Assembly: GCA_963743305.1 (NCBI GenBank)
Contig: CAVUPH010000006.1
Location: forward strand, 32,001-96,000
Source of the DNA: an uncultured delta proteobacterium
GTDB taxonomy: Bacteria; Desulfobacterota; RBG-13-43-22
Reading direction: 5' to 3'
Length of the DNA: 64,000 nt
Positions within the stretch are counted from its first letter, which is position 1. Each line of letters begins with the position of its first letter. Position numbers and translations under genes: made by a program. Shown piece by piece: positions 9,896 through 19,585 of this stretch. A model generated the notes under the pieces. The model worked only from the letters and a program-made list of their open reading frames with translations, was not told where the DNA came from and made no database searches.

Positions 9896-11486
9896 TTCCG
9901 GCCCTCCTTCCGGGTCCCGGTCCCGGAGTCGTCCAAAGTTTTTTCCGGGCTTCCAGCACTTTCTTCAGCAAGTCCAGCCGCAAATGAGTCTGGGTTTCGA
10001 AGGAGCCCCGGTAGGCCTGATCTTCCTGTTTCAGTTCGTAACAGGTAGTGTTCTCGATGTCCAGCAACAGTCCCGGCAACCCGGCTTTTTTAAAAGCCTC
10101 CTGCCTTTTTAGTTGGAAGGCGTCACAACAACAGCCGATATAACCCCGGGTGCCGATCTTTTTTTCCTGAGTGAGTTCATCCACCAGATGCTCGTAATTC
10201 TGGATGGTCTTGACCGTCAAACCCTGTTCCCCGGCCAAGGCATAGGCCTCGCCGATGGTGCAGGCCCCGCATTGTTCGCATCCCTCTCGAAAGCGGTACT
10301 CACAGTCCGGTTGTTTGGCGCAGTAGGGCAGCAGGAGCAGATCGCTGCCGGAGAGGATACCCTCCAGGGTCCCGTGAAACGTGGTCAGATGATCCGCCTC
10401 CTCCAGGGTGAACCCGAAGTCAGGATAGGAACATTTATCCAAGGCCAGGGTAACGGATTTAATGAAATCCCGGGGAGCAAGGCCAAAAAGTTCCACCTGT
10501 CGATCCCTGAAAAAATCCTCCAGGATCTCCGGCAGATTTTGGATCGGCCGATCCTTGAGGAACCTTTCCAGATCATAAACGGCCCGCCGCGGATGGATAA
10601 AAAAGTCGCCGGTAATCAAGATATCGGCAATCCTCCCTCGCTTCCGGTCCACCTTGACCGCCGTCCGGATGAGCCCCCCCTCCTCTTTATGAATGGACCG
10701 CAGGATATCCTGCGGTCGGAGGGGAATCCTTCCCCCCTCGATCCACTCGCTCGATTGCCGGCGGGGAAGCAGTCGGCGGAAAAGGGCCCATTCCTCCGGC
10801 CCCGGGGCGCCGGGGGCCGTCCGCAGGCCCAGGTGTTCCTGAAGCCCCCTCTCGATCGCCGTTTTGACCGTTTCCAAAGAAGGGACATAACCCAATTGTT
10901 CCTTCAGACTGGTCACCCGCTCTTGGGCCGAGGATAATTCGCGGGCCTTCAGTTTTTCCGTCGGGATCCGCAGGGCCTTGATCAGGTGTTCCAGGTTGAA
11001 GTCGATCAGCAAGGTTCCCTGAAAAAGGAGGGTATTTCCCTCCAGGACGGCACCGGTCCCGGAAATCTTGCGTCCATCCACCTCGATATCGTTCCTGGGC
11101 CGGAACTCGGCCTTCAGGCCCAGAGTCTGCAATCCCAGGGCAACCGCCTGACAGATCGCCCGCGTGATTCCGGCCAGATCCGACCCGCCGGGCAGTGCCT
11201 CCCGGTCACAGATCAACTCCCAGCCCAACTGGCCTTCATCGAAATAAATCGCCCCTCCCCCGGTGACCCGCCGGTTGATCTGGATACCGCTGACTCGGCA
11301 GTAGTCGGTCCGAATCTCTTCCGAAACAGACTGGTGATAACCGACCAGCGCCACCGGAGGGCTAAACCGCAAATAGCGCAGGGTATTTGGTATGATCTCC
11401 CGGCAGCGAGCCGTCAACAGGGCTTCATCCCAGGCCAGGTTCTCCGCCCCGCTCAATAATCCGGTGTCGATCACTCGCCAGGTCAT
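9873..11486 (-). CDS. lipoate-protein ligase with LplB-like and C-terminal Cys-rich DUF116-like domains
   Basis: RRVTGGGAIY, NDIEVDGRKISG and ITGDFF motifs; C-terminal PYCAK..C...C..CG.C...GCCC. Start MTWR overlaps the upstream stop (ATGA). Confidence 0.85.
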   Translation of the reverse strand: MTWRVIDTGLLSGAENLAWDEALLTARCREIIPNTLRYLRFSPPVALVGYHQSVSEEIRTDYCRVSGIQINRRVTGGGAIYFDEGQLGWELICDREALPGGSDLAGITRAICQAVALGLQTLGLKAEFRPRNDIEVDGRKISGTGAVLEGNTLLFQGTLLIDFNLEHLIKALRIPTEKLKARELSSAQERVTSLKEQLGYVPSLETVKTAIERGLQEHLGLRTAPGAPGPEEWALFRRLLPRRQSSEWIEGGRIPLRPQDILRSIHKEEGGLIRTAVKVDRKRGRIADILITGDFFIHPRRAVYDLERFLKDRPIQNLPEILEDFFRDRQVELFGLAPRDFIKSVTLALDKCSYPDFGFTLEEADHLTTFHGTLEGILSGSDLLLLPYCAKQPDCEYRFREGCEQCGACTIGEAYALAGEQGLTVKTIQNYEHLVDELTQEKKIGTRGYIGCCCDAFQLKRQEAFKKAGLPGLLLDIENTTCYELKQEDQAYRGSFETQTHLRLDLLKKVLEARKKLWTTPGPGPGRRAGNGRSADL

Positions 11487-12388
11487 CGGAAGGATTGAAT
11501 CAAGGCACAACATTCCGACGAGGTCCGTATTTCCAGACCCCGCTCTCGGGCCAAAATCAAAGCCTGCTCGCTGGGAAAAGCAATGCCGTCCAGCCCCAGA
11601 GTTACGGCCAGGATATCGGTCTGCTGCCGATGCCGGCCCAGGGGTCTTTCGCAGCCTAAAACCAGCGAAGTTCGGGGAAACATTTTCCGGGCCCGGGCAA
11701 AGAACTCCCCCAGCGTCTCGGGATCGGGAGGCTTGACCCCGGCCATGGCCGTCCGGGGAAGCGGCCGGAGTCCCACCAGAACCACGGCCTGCACCGGATA
11801 GCGGGCGATGATTTCCAAGGCCCGTATTTCGCCTTTAAGCTGACCGAAATGGAGCCCCATGATGACGTGCGGCGCCGTGGGAATGGCCCTTTCAGTCAGT
11901 CGCTTCAAGGACTCCTCGTAATCCCTGACCGCTGCCCGCAGATGGTAAACCTGACGGATGGTCTCTTCGTGGCCGATTATATCCAACAAAGCGGCCTCAA
12001 TGCCGGCCTCGGCCAGACCGTCCGCCAGATCGGAAGACACCAATCCGGTGTGGACCAAGACCTTCAATCCCCATTCGGAGCGGATTTCTTTCAGGGTGGG
12101 AAGAAAAGGGGCCAGGGGCACGCCCCCCTCCTCCCCGGAACCGCCGCTGATTAACAGACTGCGTCCTCCCCGCTGGAATACCCTCTCGGCCTCGCGGCGA
12201 AGGTCCTGGGGAGTGACGGCCGCTTTCATATTGCGCAGGATCCTTCCCCCGCAATGTTTACAAAGCAGCCGGCATTCCGACCCGGTTATGGACAGCGCGG
12301 TGGTACCACAAGAGCCGGTCTCCAAAAAAAATCCCGGCTCATAGGTCCTGAATGCGGGCTGGAAGAAGTGAATCTGCCTGGAAGGCAT
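11483..12388 (-). CDS. lipS1: radical SAM lipoyl synthase subunit, LipS1-type
   Basis: SITGSECRLLCKHC SAM motif, LGCERP and a terminal ECCA (LipS1 GCxR and CC motifs). Confidence 0.78.
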   Translation of the reverse strand: MPSRQIHFFQPAFRTYEPGFFLETGSCGTTALSITGSECRLLCKHCGGRILRNMKAAVTPQDLRREAERVFQRGGRSLLISGGSGEEGGVPLAPFLPTLKEIRSEWGLKVLVHTGLVSSDLADGLAEAGIEAALLDIIGHEETIRQVYHLRAAVRDYEESLKRLTERAIPTAPHVIMGLHFGQLKGEIRALEIIARYPVQAVVLVGLRPLPRTAMAGVKPPDPETLGEFFARARKMFPRTSLVLGCERPLGRHRQQTDILAVTLGLDGIAFPSEQALILARERGLEIRTSSECCALIQSFR

Positions 12389-12602
12389 AGGGCGAAAATT
12401 TTCCTTTATTTTATTGACCTATCATTGCTCGTCCTCTTTTTTGTTCCACGAAGGGGCCGGCTTGTCAAGAGTAAAGACCGGGGTTTCTATAATAATTTTA
12501 TTGAAATTATATACTTTTCTTATATACTTAAAAGGATAAGGCTTGCTGGTCCAAAAATCAGTCAGTTGCCTGAAAAGCGAATCGCAAGAAAGGAGAATGG
12601 GA

Positions 12603-12977
12603 ATGGGAAAGAAAGAAAAGCGTAGGTTGGCAGTCTGGATGGGTTTATTCGTCTTTATTTCGGCCTTGATGTTAGGGGTCGGCTGTAGCCGTGAACAGGC
12701 CCCTCCGCCCCCGCCGCAAGCGGCGGCCCCGGCACCAGCACCGGCGGCACCTGTCGGCACAACACCAGGAGCAGCCCCGGCGGCCCAGCCTGGAGCCCCG
12801 GCGCCCAACATATCCCAGGTGCAAACCGGTATGACCATAGACCAGGTCAAACAGATCATGGGCAACCCGGCCGAAATAAAGCAAAAAGGCGCGATCACCG
12901 AATATAAATATTATACCCCACAAAAGGTGGAAGTAAAATTCCAGAATAATCAGGTGACGGCAGTGGAAATGCATTAG
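12603..12977 (+). CDS. Pro/Ala-rich lipoprotein with a small SmpA/BamE-like domain
   Basis: AGGAG RBS, GVGC lipobox, Pro/Ala linker and QTGMTIDQVKQIMGNP motif. Confidence 0.7.
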   Translation: MGKKEKRRLAVWMGLFVFISALMLGVGCSREQAPPPPPQAAAPAPAPAAPVGTTPGAAPAAQPGAPAPNISQVQTGMTIDQVKQIMGNPAEIKQKGAITEYKYYTPQKVEVKFQNNQVTAVEMH

Positions 12978-12994
12978 CAGCGGAGTCCATCCCT

Positions 12995-13032
12995 GGGGGG
13001 ATCTCCGCCGGTGCCCGGCAGGAGATCCCCCC
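12995..13032 (+). terminator. GC-rich stem-loop after the lipoprotein gene
   Basis: GGGGGGATCTCC-GCCGG...CCGGC-A-GGAGATCCCCCC. No immediate U tract, so it may be an mRNA-stabilising hairpin rather than a terminator. Confidence 0.4.
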
Positions 13033-13090
13033 ATCTGAACCTGACAGGCCCCTTTTTTCACCATTTTTCTTAAGGACAGGAATCATCTTT

Positions 13091-16000
13091 ATGAAGGACC
13101 AGGAACCATTTGACCAAACCTCCCGGCACAACGCGAAGGGAGAAGGTCACCGCCAGCCCTCTTTACCCAAGCCCCTGGGCGACCAGACCCAACTCTTCTC
13201 CCCGGGAGCCGGCCAGGGGGACGGGTCGGATAGTTTTCCGGAAGGCCTCCCCAAACCCCTCCTGGATGACGGAATGGCCACGGTAGCCTTTAAACCATTC
13301 ACGGCCTTTAAAAAAGAAGATGTCATCCAACCCACCATCGAAGTAGTAAGCGGATTAGCCAACGAAAAGATTTTTAATCTGGGCCAAGAAAAATTAACCA
13401 TCGGCCGATCCAATTACAACGCCCTGGTCCTGGATGATGAAAAAGTCTCCCGTTCCCACGCCGAGATACATTTTGAAGATGGGTATTATGTCGTTGAGGA
13501 CCTGAACTCAACCAATGGGGTGCAGGTCAACGATCAACTCATTCATAAGATGCTGCTCAAATCCGGCGATCGCATTACCTTAGGGGACTCCGTCCTGCTC
13601 TTCACCCAGAAGGAACCAGAAATCTCATTAGGGGACAAGGTATCTTTTATCAATAAAAGCGACCTATTAAACTGGTTGGACCAGGAAACCAAGATCCTGC
13701 TGGCCCAAAATCTGGTAGTTCGCTTTTTCCCGAAAAATGCCGTCGTCCTGGCTCAAAATACCCTGGTTGAAAGTATGTATTTCCTCTATTCCGGTGAAAT
13801 CCGGATCGTGGAGGTAAATGAGGAGGGAGGGGAACGGAATATTGACCGTCTGGGACCTGGAGATTTTTTTGGTGAACGGGCGCTGCTGGCCGGAGAAACG
13901 GGTAATCTCTCCATGATCGCCAGCGTGGACCTCTACCTTTTGGAACTCCGGAAAGAACGATTGAATGAATTACTCCAAAAAAAGCCGGAGCTCAACCAGG
14001 CTTTTTATCGGATGGTCCTCAAGAAACTGCGCACCGCCCAGTCCGAATCGGACCAGGAGGGTAAACGCCAGGATAACTTACGGCACATCATCACCCCCAC
14101 CGATGTCCAGGTCATCGGGGAAGACCGCAAGATTAAGGACGCCAGGAATAGAATCGAAAAACTGGCCAAGGAGGCCAAGACCGCTCTGATCATCGGGCCT
14201 TCCGGGACCGGCAAAAAGACCCTGGCCCGCTATTTCCATAAAATGGGTGGCCACCCGGATTATCCCTATGTGGAAATATCTTTGGCCGACCTGGAGGAAA
14301 GCACCGTGGGGGCGGCGATCTTCGGCATCGAGCCCGACCCGGAGGCCACCCACATGAAGGGGCAGGTCGGCTACTTGGAGATGATCGAGAGCGGCACACT
14401 GGCCATCGCCCATGCCGAGCAACTGGACGCCCACCAACAAAGCAAGCTGGTCACTTATCTCAAGTACGGCTGGTTTCACCGGGTCTACGGTCAGGCCAGC
14501 GTCAAGGCCCAGACCAAGGTCATTCTTTTGGCCACCGGGACGGAAGCGGAGGTGTCAGACAAATTCATCCCCGAGTTGAGGGAACTGCTTAAAGATCGAA
14601 TCGTCGTTCTCCCGCCCCTGATTCAACGGTTGAAAGACATCCCCCTCTTAGCCAATCACTATCTAAAACTCTTTTCCAGAAAGGACGGAAAACGCACCAG
14701 CGGTCTGTCCCGGGAGGCCACCGAAAAATTGGTTTCCTACACCTGGCCGGGAAACATCAAGGAATTGGAAAATGTGATTCAACGGGCGGCAATCGTTTCT
14801 TCCGAGGATATGATCATACCCGGAGATTTAATTTTTGTCGTCCCTTCGGAAAAGGAAATCCACAAGATCAACCTGGTTCGCAATGACCGGATCCGAAATT
14901 TCCTGCGTCACCCCCTGATCCCCAAGGTCTTTATCTGGTTCAATATTTTTATGGTGGTGGTCATGGCCGGATTCACCCTGTTTGGCGGCTCCCGTCCGGA
15001 GGGCCACCCCCTGACCGATTTCGGCAACAACCCGGGGATGCTAATCACTTGGCTGGTCTGGTTTCCTATCCTGCCCATCTCGGCTTTTTTGTTCGGCCGG
15101 GTGTGGTGTACCGCCTGCCCCATTGCCGGTATCGGCGAACTGGTCTCCCGGGTAAAAAAATTCAACCTGCCGGTGCCTAAAATTCTTAAACGGATGGATT
15201 TCTGGGTGGTCGTGATTTCCTTCATGGTCCTTGATTATGCCGAAGAATTATTCGGGGTGGCGGATAAACCCCTGGCTACCGGGCTGCTTTTAGTCATCAT
15301 CGTGGGCCTCTCCGTACTCTTTTGTGTCCTCTTTGAACGGAAAACTTTTTGCCGGTACCTCTGCCCTCTGGCCGGGATGCTGGGGACCTACTCCACGATG
15401 AGTATGTTCGAAGTCCGGGGCAATAAGAAGGTTTGCCAGACCCAGTGTGGTCAGCACCTCTGTTACAAGGGGACCGAACAGGCCCCGGGTTGTCCCATGT
15501 TTTCCTACCCGGCCTCGATTTCCACCAGCACGGAATGCATGATGTGCCTGAACTGCCTCAAGAGCTGCGATAACCGGGGGGTTCAAATCAACCTCCGTCC
15601 GCCCCTGCAGGAACTCTGGCGTCAATCCCAGCCCGTTCTTAGTTTATCCCTCTTCGGCGTGATTCTGGTCGGGTTGATGGCCCGCCATCAATTTCCCAAA
15701 CTCACTTACTGGCTGAACATCGAAAGCTCGCTGGGCTGGACCGAATGGGTCACCCACACGGTGCTCTATGCTTCTTTTGCCCTGATGGCCTTCATCCCCT
15801 TTGCCCTTAGTTCCACCCTTTCGGCCGCGGCCTCTCAGGAAAAAGTGTCGGAAAACATGGCCCATTACGGGATGGCCTTTATTCCGCTGGCCTTAGCCGG
15901 GCACCTTTCCCACGTGGCCCATGAATTTCTCAGCTCGGGGGTCTATGAATTCTTAAAATACATGGGCAAATTATATAATTACCTGACGGCCGGAATCCCG

Positions 16001-16654
16001 ATCGGCAGTCAGGAGCCAGCCCTTTCTCCCTTTATTCACCATTCCATTATTACTTTTTTGAAATTCATGATGATCAGCGGGGGAATGCTGGGCTCCCTGA
16101 TCGCCCTCTTTATGATCGCTCGAAGGATGTCGGAAAAGAATATCTTTGCCCGCGTCCTCCCTCATTTGCTGGTCTTGCTCCTTTTCTTTATTGGCTATGT
16201 GTTTATTTTTACCGGGGCCACCGGCGCCGCCCCGGAGACCCCCAGCCCGACCGCCGCTTTGGTCCCTACTGCCGGCCAACCCCAAAACCCAAGCCCCTCG
16301 GCCGCCGGAGGGCAACTTTTATTGACCATCCCCAACGTCCAGGGGGCCACGAACGTGGGCCTGACCAGCCCGGCTTCCGTTGACTGGCTTCGCTCGGCGC
16401 AAATGAATCCCGCCACGGGAAAATACCGGCTGGTCCTTTACGGGCAGTCCCAAGGGACCCCGGACGGCAAACAGGTCAGGGTTTACCTGGAAAACGAACC
16501 GACCCAGCCCCAATTTATTTCACCGCTGGACAACCGAGGATTTTTCAGCGGCTATATTCAACTGACAACGCCTAATCAAGGGATGTCCCTGATACTGGAA
16601 ATATTGGATGTTAATAACCGAGTTTTAGCGGCCCACAAGGTGTTATTCTCTTAA
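13091..16654 (+). CDS. FHA + cNMP-binding + degenerate sigma54-type AAA+ + membrane 4Fe-4S polyferredoxin multidomain protein
   Basis: FHA IGRS/VSRSHA/STNG; cNMP GDFFGERALL; AAA+ GPSGTGKK and WPGNIKELENVIQRA; TM helices with WCTACP, FCRYLCP and CMMCLNCLKSC. Confidence 0.85.
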   Translation: MKDQEPFDQTSRHNAKGEGHRQPSLPKPLGDQTQLFSPGAGQGDGSDSFPEGLPKPLLDDGMATVAFKPFTAFKKEDVIQPTIEVVSGLANEKIFNLGQEKLTIGRSNYNALVLDDEKVSRSHAEIHFEDGYYVVEDLNSTNGVQVNDQLIHKMLLKSGDRITLGDSVLLFTQKEPEISLGDKVSFINKSDLLNWLDQETKILLAQNLVVRFFPKNAVVLAQNTLVESMYFLYSGEIRIVEVNEEGGERNIDRLGPGDFFGERALLAGETGNLSMIASVDLYLLELRKERLNELLQKKPELNQAFYRMVLKKLRTAQSESDQEGKRQDNLRHIITPTDVQVIGEDRKIKDARNRIEKLAKEAKTALIIGPSGTGKKTLARYFHKMGGHPDYPYVEISLADLEESTVGAAIFGIEPDPEATHMKGQVGYLEMIESGTLAIAHAEQLDAHQQSKLVTYLKYGWFHRVYGQASVKAQTKVILLATGTEAEVSDKFIPELRELLKDRIVVLPPLIQRLKDIPLLANHYLKLFSRKDGKRTSGLSREATEKLVSYTWPGNIKELENVIQRAAIVSSEDMIIPGDLIFVVPSEKEIHKINLVRNDRIRNFLRHPLIPKVFIWFNIFMVVVMAGFTLFGGSRPEGHPLTDFGNNPGMLITWLVWFPILPISAFLFGRVWCTACPIAGIGELVSRVKKFNLPVPKILKRMDFWVVVISFMVLDYAEELFGVADKPLATGLLLVIIVGLSVLFCVLFERKTFCRYLCPLAGMLGTYSTMSMFEVRGNKKVCQTQCGQHLCYKGTEQAPGCPMFSYPASISTSTECMMCLNCLKSCDNRGVQINLRPPLQELWRQSQPVLSLSLFGVILVGLMARHQFPKLTYWLNIESSLGWTEWVTHTVLYASFALMAFIPFALSSTLSAAASQEKVSENMAHYGMAFIPLALAGHLSHVAHEFLSSGVYEFLKYMGKLYNYLTAGIPIGSQEPALSPFIHHSIITFLKFMMISGGMLGSLIALFMIARRMSEKNIFARVLPHLLVLLLFFIGYVFIFTGATGAAPETPSPTAALVPTAGQPQNPSPSAAGGQLLLTIPNVQGATNVGLTSPASVDWLRSAQMNPATGKYRLVLYGQSQGTPDGKQVRVYLENEPTQPQFISPLDNRGFFSGYIQLTTPNQGMSLILEILDVNNRVLAAHKVLFS

Positions 16655-16678
16655 GACCCGTAAGGAGCCTTTTTACCT

Positions 16679-18883
16679 ATGTTCAACCCCGGGAACCTCA
16701 TTGGAAAAGAAATCGATCAATTTCGCCTGGAAGAGTTTATCGGCCAGGGGGCTATGGGAATGGTCTATAAGGCCAAAGACTCCATTTTAAACCGGGTCGT
16801 GGCTCTAAAACTGATATCCAAGAAGGTGGAATTTACCACGCCGGCCATGGCGGAAGCCCGAAAAAGGCTGATTCAGGAGGCCCAGGCGGCCGGCCGCCTT
16901 TCCCATCCCAATATCGTCACCATCCATTCCTACGGGGAGACCGATGAATTCCAGTACATCTGTATGGAATACATTACCGGGAGGACCCTGGCCGAAGTCT
17001 TGAACGAAGCCAAGGTCCTGGCGGTGGAAGACGCTGTTTCCATCTTTGATCAAATCCTGCAGGCGCTGGAAATGTCCAGCAAGGAACAGATCGTTCACCG
17101 CGATATCAAGCCGACCAATATCATGATCATGGGTGACAAACGGGTCAAGGTCATGGATTTCGGGATTGCCAAGATCCCTTCCCTGTCCATCACTACCACC
17201 GGAACGGTCCTGGGAACCCCCTATTACATGTCGCCCGAACAGATCTCCGGACAAAAAGTCGATATCCGTTCGGACCTATTTTCGGTGGGCGCCGTCTTTT
17301 ATCAGGTCCTGACCGGGGAGCGGCCTTTCGAAGGGGAAAGCACGGTCACCTTGGCCTATAAAATCGTCCAGGTGGAGCCTATCCCCCCCAAGGTTCTGAA
17401 TGTCCACATCCCTCCAGCCGTTGAAACCATAGTCAAGAAAGCCCTGGCCAAGGATCCGGCGCTGCGCTACCAAACCCCTTCGGAAATGCTGAAGGACCTG
17501 CGGTCAGCCATGCGTCCCAGCCCACCCCCGACCCCGGCGGTCAGTGATACAACTATTAAAGCCAAAGCGGCTCCATCTTTTGATAAAACGGTGGAATTCA
17601 AGGCGGAGGAGAAACCGGTCGTTCGCGAAGAAAAAGCGAAAGCCCCGGAGTATAAAGAGCCGCCGGTCGAAGAAAAACCCAAACCGGCCCCGGCGCCCAA
17701 GGAACCGGCCCCTAAGCCGACGCCCGCACCCGCCGCCAAAACCGGCAATACGGCCTCAAAAACCATCGCGCTAACCGTAGTCTTGCTCCTGATCATGGTA
17801 GTGGGGATTGTTTTGGTCATCCGTCTGGTAAAGAAGACCTCTCCCGAAATCCCCGCGCTCCTTAAACCGCCCGAGACCAGCCCGGCCCCCCCCGGCGCCT
17901 CTTCCAACGACCAGACCAAGATCCAGGTGGAACGATTAATTCAGCAAGCCAAGAATGAAACCCAATCCGATCCGGCCAATGCCCAGAAGCTGCTGGAACA
18001 GGCGGTCCAACTGGACCCCAAAAACTTTGAAGCTCAATTTCAAACAGCCCGCTTATTAACCCTGCGTAAAAATTTCCCGGCCGCCATCGAACATTACCAG
18101 GCGGCTTTGCAAATCAATAATCAGAAACCGGAAATTTATTTCAACCTGGGGTTTATATATTTAAATCAAGGTGATTATGATTTAGCCATCAAATATTATG
18201 AATCCTGTCGGGCCCTTTCCCCGCCCTATCAAGATGAAGTCCTGACCAACTTGGGGATCGCCTTCTTAAAGAAAAATAACCCGGGCCAGGCCCAGACCTA
18301 TTTCAAACAGGCTATCGGCCTGAACCCCAATAACAGCCTGGCCCGCAGTTACCTGCAGACCAGCCCGACCACCGGCGGCCCTCCCCCGCCTCCGGTCACG
18401 GGTGCGGCCGGTCCCCCCGCCGAGGCTAAAAGGCAGGCGAATACCCTGATCACTCAAGCCAAGGGCCAATTAACCGCCAATCCCGCCAAGGCCCAACAAC
18501 TATTGGAGCAGGCCGTCACCCTGGACCCGACCAATTACGAAGCCCCGTATCAAATGGGCCGGCTCCTGACCTTTAAAAAAGATTATTCCGGTGCGGTGCT
18601 GCAATATCAAAAGGCCATCAATCTAAATAACAAAATTCCGGAAATCCATTTCAACCTGGGATATATTTACATGAGCCAGGGTAATTTCGATCAGGCGATA
18701 AAATATTTCGAATCCTGCCGGGCACTCTCTCCTTCTTACCAGGATGAGGTCTTGACCAACCTGGGGATCACCTATTTAAAGAAGAATGATCCTACCAAGG
18801 CTCAGTTCTATTTTCGGGAAGCCCTTAAAATCAATCCCAACAACAGCCTGGCCCGTAGCTACTTGCAGAATTTGGGAGGATGA
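16679..18883 (+). CDS. Hanks-type Ser/Thr protein kinase, single TM, with two extracytoplasmic TPR modules
   Basis: GQGAMG, VALK, HRDIKPTN, DFG and GTPYYMSPEQ motifs; TM IALTVVLLLIMVVGIVLVI; duplicated TPR block. Confidence 0.93.
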   Translation: MFNPGNLIGKEIDQFRLEEFIGQGAMGMVYKAKDSILNRVVALKLISKKVEFTTPAMAEARKRLIQEAQAAGRLSHPNIVTIHSYGETDEFQYICMEYITGRTLAEVLNEAKVLAVEDAVSIFDQILQALEMSSKEQIVHRDIKPTNIMIMGDKRVKVMDFGIAKIPSLSITTTGTVLGTPYYMSPEQISGQKVDIRSDLFSVGAVFYQVLTGERPFEGESTVTLAYKIVQVEPIPPKVLNVHIPPAVETIVKKALAKDPALRYQTPSEMLKDLRSAMRPSPPPTPAVSDTTIKAKAAPSFDKTVEFKAEEKPVVREEKAKAPEYKEPPVEEKPKPAPAPKEPAPKPTPAPAAKTGNTASKTIALTVVLLLIMVVGIVLVIRLVKKTSPEIPALLKPPETSPAPPGASSNDQTKIQVERLIQQAKNETQSDPANAQKLLEQAVQLDPKNFEAQFQTARLLTLRKNFPAAIEHYQAALQINNQKPEIYFNLGFIYLNQGDYDLAIKYYESCRALSPPYQDEVLTNLGIAFLKKNNPGQAQTYFKQAIGLNPNNSLARSYLQTSPTTGGPPPPPVTGAAGPPAEAKRQANTLITQAKGQLTANPAKAQQLLEQAVTLDPTNYEAPYQMGRLLTFKKDYSGAVLQYQKAINLNNKIPEIHFNLGYIYMSQGNFDQAIKYFESCRALSPSYQDEVLTNLGITYLKKNDPTKAQFYFREALKINPNNSLARSYLQNLGG
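17924..18871 (+). repeat. internal tandem duplication of a TPR module in the kinase (about 17924-18360 and 18434-18871)
   Basis: Both copies contain LLEQAVxLDPxNxEA, KPEIY/IPEIH-FNLGxIY, ESCRALSPxYQDEVLTNLGI and NPNNSLARSYLQ. Confidence 0.85.
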
Positions 18884-19494
18884 CCATGATCTCTATTTTA
18901 AAATTAATCCCTTTCCTCTCTTTGCTCCTCTGGTGCGGATGCGCCCAGGTCGAAAAAGAGGTAAAGTCTATTCAGGAAGGATTCATCAAGGGAGTCGAAG
19001 ACACCAAAAAGGCCGTCACTCCGGCGGACAGCAAGCCCAAACAACCAGCCAAAGCAGCTAAAGCAGCCGAAGCTCCTGCTAAACCACCGGAACCGGTGAA
19101 GCCCAAAGAGATCCCGCCTCCACCGCCGGGGCCGGAACCCGTGGCTTCCAAGGAATCGCCGCCGGTTCCGGCCCCGGCCAAGGCAGCGGTCCCTGATGGA
19201 TTCATCCTCCACAAAGTCCTGGCGGGTGAAACCCTGGCCACCATTGCCAAATGGTACAACGGCAAATCCACGGCCTGGAAGGCGATAGCTCCTCATAATC
19301 CCGGGGTCCCCCCTTTTCGCCTGAAGGTCGGCCAACAGATTAAAGTGCCCAAGTCCCTGGCCATTGCCCACCAGGAGCAGCCCGATTTTTCAACGGCCAC
19401 CGGCCCTCCGGCCGGCAAAAAACCCCCTCAGGAATCGGAAACCTCCGAGGGGTCCAAGCCCGCACCCTCCAAATCGGTATTTGGACCCAAGTAG
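18880..19494 (+). CDS. LysM-domain lipoprotein ending in FGPK
   Basis: WCGC lipobox, Pro-rich linker, HKVLAGETLATIAKWY...LKVGQQIKVP LysM. The start may be 18886. Confidence 0.82.
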   Translation: MTMISILKLIPFLSLLLWCGCAQVEKEVKSIQEGFIKGVEDTKKAVTPADSKPKQPAKAAKAAEAPAKPPEPVKPKEIPPPPPGPEPVASKESPPVPAPAKAAVPDGFILHKVLAGETLATIAKWYNGKSTAWKAIAPHNPGVPPFRLKVGQQIKVPKSLAIAHQEQPDFSTATGPPAGKKPPQESETSEGSKPAPSKSVFGPK

Positions 19495-19585
19495 CCTTAT
19501 AGGACTAAAATCCTGATATGATAATAGCCAATAGACCGAAAATTCCTGGGCTATCAAGGACCACCAATTTTTTGGGAGAACGCCC

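Noticed and set aside
7740-12388. Radical SAM pair as biotin synthase or a RiPP maturase system
   Set aside because: The LipS1/LipS2 signature motifs and the adjacent lipoate ligase explain them; no precursor peptide or SPASM motif was seen.
13091-16654. Calling this a functional sigma54 transcriptional activator
   Set aside because: It has no GAFTGA, no acidic Walker B and no DNA-binding HTH.
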